In this document: positions 57,880-64,000 of the stretch, piece by piece
How positions within the stretch are numbered: position 1 is the first letter of the stretch
Layout of the letters: every line of letters begins with the position of its first letter
From: an uncultured Collinsella sp.
Lineage (GTDB): Bacteria > Actinomycetota > Coriobacteriia > Coriobacteriales > Coriobacteriaceae
Direction: 5' to 3'
DNA length: 64,000 nt
Assembly (NCBI GenBank): GCA_958365315.1
Contig: CATWXC010000005.1
Span: forward strand, 77,892-141,891
Position numbers and translations under genes: made by a program
The notes under the pieces: generated by a model
Databases searched by the model: none
Seen by the model: the letters and a program-made list of their open reading frames with translations, nothing else
Told to the model about the DNA's origin: nothing

Positions 57880-60495
57880 GTGTCTGATCAACAGCAAGAA
57901 AACGAAATAACGATGGCACAAACCGCTCCCGCTGCACCGGTTGCGTCGGACCAGGTCGTGATGCCTGCGCCGGTGCAGGTCTCGGATCCTGAGGCCCCCA
58001 AGGCCGCTTCGACGCCTGCGCCCGCATCGGCTGAGAAGGTCGCGCCTGCCGCTGGCGAGGGAGTTGCCCCTGCCGCCGAAGAGGATGCCGCGCCCGTAAA
58101 GCCCAAGCGCACGCGTCGTGCGCCTAAGCCCGCCGCTGACGGCGAGGAGGCCGATAAGCCCAAACGTCGCGCCGCGCGCGCGACGCGGGCCAAGCGCACC
58201 GTTGCCGATTCCTCCGCGCCGATTTCCGATGAGGTTGCACAGGCCCGTGCGCTGGCGCAAATCAGCGAGGCTCAGGTTGTGCGCGCCCGTCGCCGTGCCG
58301 CCGAGCGCGAGGCCGCGGCACTGACCGAGCTTGCAGCGCCGGTCGTCTCCGAAGCGCCTGCGGCCACCGAGGCCCCTGTCGCGGGGCAGCCGACCGATAA
58401 GCCGGCTCCGCGCACGCGTCGTCGTGCGGCCAAGTCTCAGCAGGATGCTGAGCAAGCGGCTCAAGAATCCGGTGAAGCTCCGGCTCGTTCTGCAGTAGGG
58501 GAGGGTTCGCATCCCTCTGAGCCTGCAACACCCGCCGAGGCCAACGAGGTTCCCGTCGTCGATCCCGCTCTTCGCCCGCACCGTCGCGGCCGCAAGCCCA
58601 AGGCCTTCGTCGAGGCCGAGAAGGCTGCCGCCGCCGCTGCAGCAGCCGCAGCTCAGGACGCCGCGATGACCGCCGCGCCTGCGCCCGTCGCCGATGCTCC
58701 TGCCCAGGGAGCCGCTGCCACCGAAGCCGGAGCACCCGCAGAGGGCGAGCCCGCCGATGTTCGCCCCGGTCGTAGCCGTCGCACGGCCGCTAAGCGCTCG
58801 TCCAAGGTCAAGGGTTCGAAAAAGGACGCGTTCGAGGATACTGGCAACGAGGTCGCCGAGGCAACCGTCGACTCCGCTCCCGATGCTGAGAACGCCGGTC
58901 AGCCGGCAGCCGAGAAGCCCAAGCGTACGCGCAAGAAGTCTGCAAAGGCTAAGGCCGTCGAGCAGCAGGCCGATACCGAGCCCAACGCCGATGTCGATAC
59001 CAAGGCCGATAACGAAGTCCCTGCCGACACCGACACGGCAACTCCGGCGGCCAAGGGCGCCACGACCGCCGAGACCGACGAGAACGCCCGCCCCAACCGC
59101 CGTCAGCACAAGCGCAACGACGAGCGCAACGAGCGCAAAGACGAGCGCAACAACGACCGCCGCAACCGTCAGCGCGATCGCAAGCAGCGTAATAAGGAGC
59201 GCAACGCCGCCCCGACTGAGCCCACGCTTTCGCGCGAGGAACTCACGGCCATGAAGGTCGCCGAGCTGCGTGAAAAGGCCAAGGAGTTCGAGATCGAGAC
59301 GACCGGCAAGAAGAAGGCCGAACTCGTCGAGGAAATCTACACCACCGCTGCGAAGGCCGAGGGCTTCCGTGACATCAAGGGCATTCTGCAGATTCGCCCG
59401 GATAGCTCCGGCATCATCCATGCCCACGGCTACATGAAGTCCAGCGACGACGCCTTTGTTCCCGCATATCTCATCCGCTCCGCACGCCTGCGTACGGGTG
59501 ATGTGATCGAGGGCTCGCTGCGCCCCTCACGCGGCGGCGACAAGCGCGCCGGCCTTGCCAAGATCACGACCGTCAACGGCCTTGATCCCGAGCAGGCCCG
59601 TAACCGCCCCAAGTTCGGCGACCTCACCCCGGTCTATCCCAATGAGCCTCTGCGTATGGAGCACGGCAAGGATTCCATCACCGGTCGCGCCATCGATATC
59701 GTGTCGCCGATCGGCAAGGGCCAGCGCGGCCTGATCGTGTCGCCGCCAAAAGCCGGCAAGACCACGATTCTCAAGAAGATCTGCCAGTCTATCTCGATCA
59801 ACAATCCCGAGGTGCACCTCATCTGCCTGCTCGTCGACGAGCGCCCCGAAGAGGTCACTGACATGCAGCGCTCCATCAAGGGCGAGGTCGTGGCCTCGAC
59901 CTTCGATATGCCTGCCGACAACCATACTCGCGTGGCAGAGCTCGTGATCGAGCGTGCCAAACGCATCGTGGAGCTGGGTGGCGACGTCGTGGTGGTGCTC
60001 GACTCCATCACACGTCTTGCTCGCGCCTACAACTTGGCGGCACCTGCCTCGGGCCGTATCCTGTCGGGCGGCGTCGATTCGGCGGCCCTGTATCCGCCCA
60101 AGCGTTTCTTGGGCGCTGCCCGCAACATCGAGAACGGCGGTTCGCTCACCATCCTGGCCTCCGCCCTCATCGATACCGGGTCCAAGATGGACGAGGTCAT
60201 CTTTGAGGAGTTCAAGGGTACCGGCAACATGGAGCTCAAGCTCGACCGCGACCTGGCCGACCGCCGTATCTTCCCGGCCATCGATCCCGTTGCCTCGGGC
60301 ACGCGCAACGAGGACCTGCTGGTCGACGAGCAGATGCGCCCGTTCGTCTTTGGCCTGCGCCGCATCCTCGCCGGCATGAACAATACCGAGCGCGCGGCCG
60401 CGTCGTTTATCAAGGGCCTCAAGGGCACCAATACCAACCAGGAGTTCCTGGTGCGTTCGGCAAAAAAGCACAGCGATTACGAGCAGACGTTCTAA
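57880..60495 (+). CDS. rho: Transcription termination factor Rho with a ~450-aa low-complexity N-terminal extension
   Basis: LRTGD, PIGKGQRGLIVSPPKAGKT, DERPEE, DSITRLARAYN and EEFKGTGNMEL motifs; start could be ATG 57912. Confidence 0.95.
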   Translation: MSDQQQENEITMAQTAPAAPVASDQVVMPAPVQVSDPEAPKAASTPAPASAEKVAPAAGEGVAPAAEEDAAPVKPKRTRRAPKPAADGEEADKPKRRAARATRAKRTVADSSAPISDEVAQARALAQISEAQVVRARRRAAEREAAALTELAAPVVSEAPAATEAPVAGQPTDKPAPRTRRRAAKSQQDAEQAAQESGEAPARSAVGEGSHPSEPATPAEANEVPVVDPALRPHRRGRKPKAFVEAEKAAAAAAAAAAQDAAMTAAPAPVADAPAQGAAATEAGAPAEGEPADVRPGRSRRTAAKRSSKVKGSKKDAFEDTGNEVAEATVDSAPDAENAGQPAAEKPKRTRKKSAKAKAVEQQADTEPNADVDTKADNEVPADTDTATPAAKGATTAETDENARPNRRQHKRNDERNERKDERNNDRRNRQRDRKQRNKERNAAPTEPTLSREELTAMKVAELREKAKEFEIETTGKKKAELVEEIYTTAAKAEGFRDIKGILQIRPDSSGIIHAHGYMKSSDDAFVPAYLIRSARLRTGDVIEGSLRPSRGGDKRAGLAKITTVNGLDPEQARNRPKFGDLTPVYPNEPLRMEHGKDSITGRAIDIVSPIGKGQRGLIVSPPKAGKTTILKKICQSISINNPEVHLICLLVDERPEEVTDMQRSIKGEVVASTFDMPADNHTRVAELVIERAKRIVELGGDVVVVLDSITRLARAYNLAAPASGRILSGGVDSAALYPPKRFLGAARNIENGGSLTILASALIDTGSKMDEVIFEEFKGTGNMELKLDRDLADRRIFPAIDPVASGTRNEDLLVDEQMRPFVFGLRRILAGMNNTERAAASFIKGLKGTNTNQEFLVRSAKKHSDYEQTF

Positions 60496-60531
60496 GTCGC
60501 TTGCCGCACGCGACAACAGCCATAGACATGC

Positions 60532-60564
60532 CAGAAGGGCCGGGGTTTAGATCCTGGCCCTTTT
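60532..60564 (+). terminator. Hairpin after rho
   Basis: GAAGGGCCGGGGT-TTAG-ATCCTGGCCCTTTT. Confidence 0.65.
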
Positions 60565-60807
60565 CGTATAGCCGCTCGCCAACGAATATTGACCTCACGA
60601 CCGGCAAGCAGCGATTTTCCCGTTTCAATCCCGCTTCGTCGCTTGCAATCCCCAAAGGGGTTTCGCATAATAGCTGTTAAGCTTCGCGACGGAAAACGCA
60701 GATGAAACGAACCATATACCGTTGCTTTGGGGCATAGCCCCGCTTCATCTTCTCTCGCGCAGCCAACTGAATGATGCGATTTGGGTGCTGGAAGATGGGG
60801 AGAGCTC

Positions 60808-62277
60808 ATGGCTTCTTCTGATGCAACACAACGAGCAGTCCTTGCTGGACTTTCCTGCGGAATCGGCCTTGCCGCTCCCGTGGTGATGTATGCTGCCACG
60901 CTGCCGTTTTCGTCGGTGAACGAGACGGTCGTCGCGGGCGCTGTTCCCTTTGCCGTGGGTGCGGTGGCGGGCGTGGGTATCTATGCCGCCTCGCTCGGCA
61001 TTTCTGAATATCGCGCGCAGCATGCCGAGCGCCTGTTCCAGCCCGACGCCATGGGTGGCGCCGCGAACGTCAACCAGCATCAAAATGAGTTCCAGACCGC
61101 CTCGATGCCCGCTCAACAGCAGTGGGCTGCTCCTCAGGGCGTTGCTACTGCGGCTCCTGCCGTTCAGGCAAACGCCGCGCAGCCCTCTTCAGTTTTCTCC
61201 GGCCTGACCGGTGCATTCCAGCGCCGTCGTGCCGACGATGGCGTCCCCACCATCGCTCGCGCCGCAGACGCCATGAGCGAGGCCGACGCCTGGTCCATGA
61301 TCGATAGCATGCTCGACGACGATTCGCCGGTCAGCTGCGATCCCACGCGCTCACGCGACGTCTACCAGGTCGCTATCGACGAACTCACCTACGGCGGACA
61401 GACCGGCTCCTATAACCGCGATGACATCGCTGCCGCTGCGCGCGCCGTCTCGGGCTCTCATGCCGCCCCTGCGGGCAGCACGGCCACCTTTGTGGCGCTC
61501 GTGGCTAACGCCGCCAACAACGCCGCCACGGCTCAATCCGTTACGTATGACACTGCCGTGCCCGTGACCCCGGCCGCCGCCACCGCCGCTGACCCCTACG
61601 CCGACGAGCCGCTGGCCGTCGACGAGGAGACTATTGCCGCCCGCCGCGCTGCCGAAAGCTCGCTGTGGGGCGCCCCTGCACAGCAGCAGGCGGCGGAGGC
61701 GGTGCCGTACAACGCGAACCTTGCCAACATGCCGATCATCAGCGACGCCTCTGCTGCGGCCATCGATCTTGATGACCTTGACGAGCCGGTCATCTCGAAC
61801 GACATGCCGTATGTGGTCGCTGCCCCGGTTGATGTCCCGGCCTCCGCGTCCCGGTCCGTCGCAGTTGACGAGCCTGTCGATGCGACTTCCGAGGAAGACG
61901 TCCCCATGGCCGATTATTCGGGCCACGAGGGCATGTGGGCAGCCGCTGCCGCAATTTTGGACGAGGTCATCGAGCCTGCTCCCGTTGCCGCTCCGGTGTT
62001 TACGCCTGCTCCTCAGCCCGCTGCCCCCGCTTACGTCGGTCGTCACAGCGCCGTGTTCCCCGAGGATACCGCCCGCATTTCGCGTGAAGGTATCGAGCGT
62101 GCCGAGGCCATCGCTGCTGGCATCATGGAGAACCGTCGTCACGAGCGCGTCAATCAGATTCTCGAGGAGGAGATTGACCGCCTGCAGTCTGCAGCGGTGA
62201 GGCGCACGGGCCGTGCCTATCTGAGTGTTATCGAGGGTGGCACCGCCAGCTTTGAGCCGCTCTGTGCGGAGGCATAA
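60808..62277 (+). CDS. Hypothetical membrane-anchored, Ala/Asp-rich protein
   Basis: Two N-terminal hydrophobic segments, long acidic region, host-like codon usage. Confidence 0.75.
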   Translation: MASSDATQRAVLAGLSCGIGLAAPVVMYAATLPFSSVNETVVAGAVPFAVGAVAGVGIYAASLGISEYRAQHAERLFQPDAMGGAANVNQHQNEFQTASMPAQQQWAAPQGVATAAPAVQANAAQPSSVFSGLTGAFQRRRADDGVPTIARAADAMSEADAWSMIDSMLDDDSPVSCDPTRSRDVYQVAIDELTYGGQTGSYNRDDIAAAARAVSGSHAAPAGSTATFVALVANAANNAATAQSVTYDTAVPVTPAAATAADPYADEPLAVDEETIAARRAAESSLWGAPAQQQAAEAVPYNANLANMPIISDASAAAIDLDDLDEPVISNDMPYVVAAPVDVPASASRSVAVDEPVDATSEEDVPMADYSGHEGMWAAAAAILDEVIEPAPVAAPVFTPAPQPAAPAYVGRHSAVFPEDTARISREGIERAEAIAAGIMENRRHERVNQILEEEIDRLQSAAVRRTGRAYLSVIEGGTASFEPLCAEA

Positions 62278-62284
62278 CTTCCGC

Positions 62285-62734
62285 ATGCTTAAACTCGATC
62301 GAAAATGGGCGGTCGCGACCTGCCTGATGGTGCTGCTCATCTGGGGCAATTCGATGGTTCCCGGCACGGGGTCCGGTTCATTGAGCTTGTCGATTATGGA
62401 GGCCGTTCGCGGCTTTCTGCACGGCATGGGGCTTCCGTATGAGTGGGTGACCAACTTCGTCGTTCGCAAGTGCGCGCATTTTACCGAGTACATGGTGCTC
62501 GGCATTCTGGCGACGCACGCTTTTGATATCGAGGGCCGTCGCACCTTTGACGTGCTGCTTCCCACGGCGGTGTTCTTGCTGCTGATCCCCTCGATCGACG
62601 AGACGATTCAGCTCTTTGTGCCCGGTCGCGCCGGTATGATTACTGATGTGATGATCGACTGCTGCGGAGCGATGACGGGCGTTGTGCTTCGATATCTTCT
62701 ACGATCGCTCATATGTGCTAAAAAGGCCGCCTAG
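62285..62734 (+). CDS. VanZ-family membrane protein
   Basis: VRKCAHFTEY and DETIQLFVPGRAGMITDVMID motifs. Confidence 0.88.
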   Translation: MLKLDRKWAVATCLMVLLIWGNSMVPGTGSGSLSLSIMEAVRGFLHGMGLPYEWVTNFVVRKCAHFTEYMVLGILATHAFDIEGRRTFDVLLPTAVFLLLIPSIDETIQLFVPGRAGMITDVMIDCCGAMTGVVLRYLLRSLICAKKAA

Positions 62735-62846
62735 GACACATTGCTTGGTCCTAGCGGCCTTTCTTTGTTTGGGGGCTTATACGGGGCGTGGCGGCGTTAT
62801 TCCGTAGGATGGGATTGCTGGACGTCGTGGCGCCCCTTTGGCGCGC

Positions 62847-63740
62847 CTACTGCTGAAGCGCGGCGGCACCCAGGGCCAGGCAGCCCATGATGCCCTGCTT
62901 GCCCTCAAGGCTATTGTTGACAATGTAGGTGTCGATATCGTTGACCTCGGGCGTGACGATGTAGCCGTTGAGCATCTCGGCACACTTTTTGCGTGCGAGC
63001 GGCACGATAGGGGTGTGGTCGGCCACACCGCCGCCGATGATGATCTTCTGCGGGGCATAGCACAGCGTGTAGGTCATGAGCGCCTGTGCCAGATAGCCTG
63101 CGAGCAGGTCCATGGCCTCCGGGTCATCGGCCATGTCTCCGGCGCTCTTGCCATCCCAGCGCTTTTTAACGCCGGGGCCGGCGATGAGGCCCTCGAGGCA
63201 GTTGTCGTGGAAGGGGCAGGCGCTATGCTCGCCGATGGTGTCGCGCGGGTCGCGCGTGACTAGGATGTGGCCGGCCTCGGGGTGCATCATGCCGTGCACG
63301 AGCTGGCCGCCCGAGAGCACACCGGCACCCACGCCGGTGCCGATCGTCAGGTACACCACGTCGGTGAGGCCCTGCGCGCAGCCAAAGGTGACCTCGCCCA
63401 AGCAGGCGACGTTGACGTCGGTGTCGTAGCCACAGGGGATATTGAGCTCGTTTTGGATGGTGCCCAGCAGGTCGAAGTAGCGCCATGCGGTCTTGGGCGT
63501 CTCTAAGATCTTGCCGTACTGGGGCGAGGCAGGGTTGACCGCGGTGGGGCCAAAGGCGCCGATGCCCAGGGCGGCGATGCCCTTGTCTGCAAACCATGCG
63601 TTGACGGCCTCGACGGTCTCCTGCGGGGTCGTGGTCGCGATCTGCTCGCGCTCCAGGACCGTACCGTCCGCATAGCCCGTGGCACAGACCATCTTGGTGC
63701 CGCCGGCCTCGAGTGCTCCGATAAGCTGCTGCTCTGCCAT
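62847..63740 (-). CDS. ROK-family fructokinase
   Basis: EAGGTKMVCA, DTDVN, YLTIGTGVG, HPEAGH and CPFHDNCLEG motifs. Confidence 0.9.
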   Translation of the reverse strand: MAEQQLIGALEAGGTKMVCATGYADGTVLEREQIATTTPQETVEAVNAWFADKGIAALGIGAFGPTAVNPASPQYGKILETPKTAWRYFDLLGTIQNELNIPCGYDTDVNVACLGEVTFGCAQGLTDVVYLTIGTGVGAGVLSGGQLVHGMMHPEAGHILVTRDPRDTIGEHSACPFHDNCLEGLIAGPGVKKRWDGKSAGDMADDPEAMDLLAGYLAQALMTYTLCYAPQKIIIGGGVADHTPIVPLARKKCAEMLNGYIVTPEVNDIDTYIVNNSLEGKQGIMGCLALGAAALQQ

Positions 63741-63816
63741 AGTATTCCTCTCTCTGGGACGAGTTGCTCCGTGACTAAAGTATAGAGCTCTAAACCATTT
63801 AAGAAAGCGCTATAAA

Positions 63817-63856
63817 AAGAAGCCCTGCAACGCGGCGGGCGGTGCGGGGCTTCTTT
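63817..63856. terminator. Hairpin after the aminotransferase gene
   Basis: AAAGAAGCCCTGCA..TGCGGGGCTTCTTT. Confidence 0.65.
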
Positions 63857-63881
63857 GGTTGCTTTAGTTGCCGGGCCGTCC

Positions 63882-64000
63882 TTACCCGCGCGGCTTGATT
63901 TTATCACGTAGCGACTTGAGGTTCTCCAGTGCCGCGTTAAGCGTCTCGTCTCGCTTGGCAAAGTGGAAACGAATCAGATGGTTGACGGGCTCACGGAAGA
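63882..64000 (-). CDS. C-terminus of a probable class I/II PLP aminotransferase; partial
   Basis: FREPVNHLIRFHFAKRDETLNAALENL...*. Confidence 0.65.
   Translation of the reverse strand, partial: FREPVNHLIRFHFAKRDETLNAALENLKSLRDKIKPRG

Noticed and set aside
60622..60640. GTTTCAATCCC, resembling a CRISPR repeat start
   Set aside because: Single occurrence with no array.

Overview
High-GC actinobacterial chromosome segment, most consistent with Coriobacteriia (Collinsella-like; inferred from GC content, codon style and gene content). Core genes include pstSCAB, serC/serA, pckA, trpS, argS, pncB, proB/proA, rho, tRNA-Ala(CGC) and a 6S-like RNA, plus a metal-homeostasis cluster (DtxR/MntR, P1B-ATPase, HMA, ArsR, His-rich transporter). 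Several AT-richer inserts interrupt this backbone: a TOTE-type primase gene cut by the left edge, two AbiEi-like/DUF559-like nuclease genes, and a MazG + GIY-YIG/DUF2075 helicase pair. The intergenic DNA is rich in structure. At least eight 120-230 bp elements have long inverted arms that differ between families, and several share a central AAAACCGCAGGT core; three of them sit directly beside the two nuclease genes. There are also several REP-like hairpin families (most with a GGGAC core) and a candidate metal-regulated sRNA with an anti-Shine-Dalgarno loop. No CRISPR array, rRNA, integrase or transposase was seen. All calls come from reading the sequence by eye; no searches were run.
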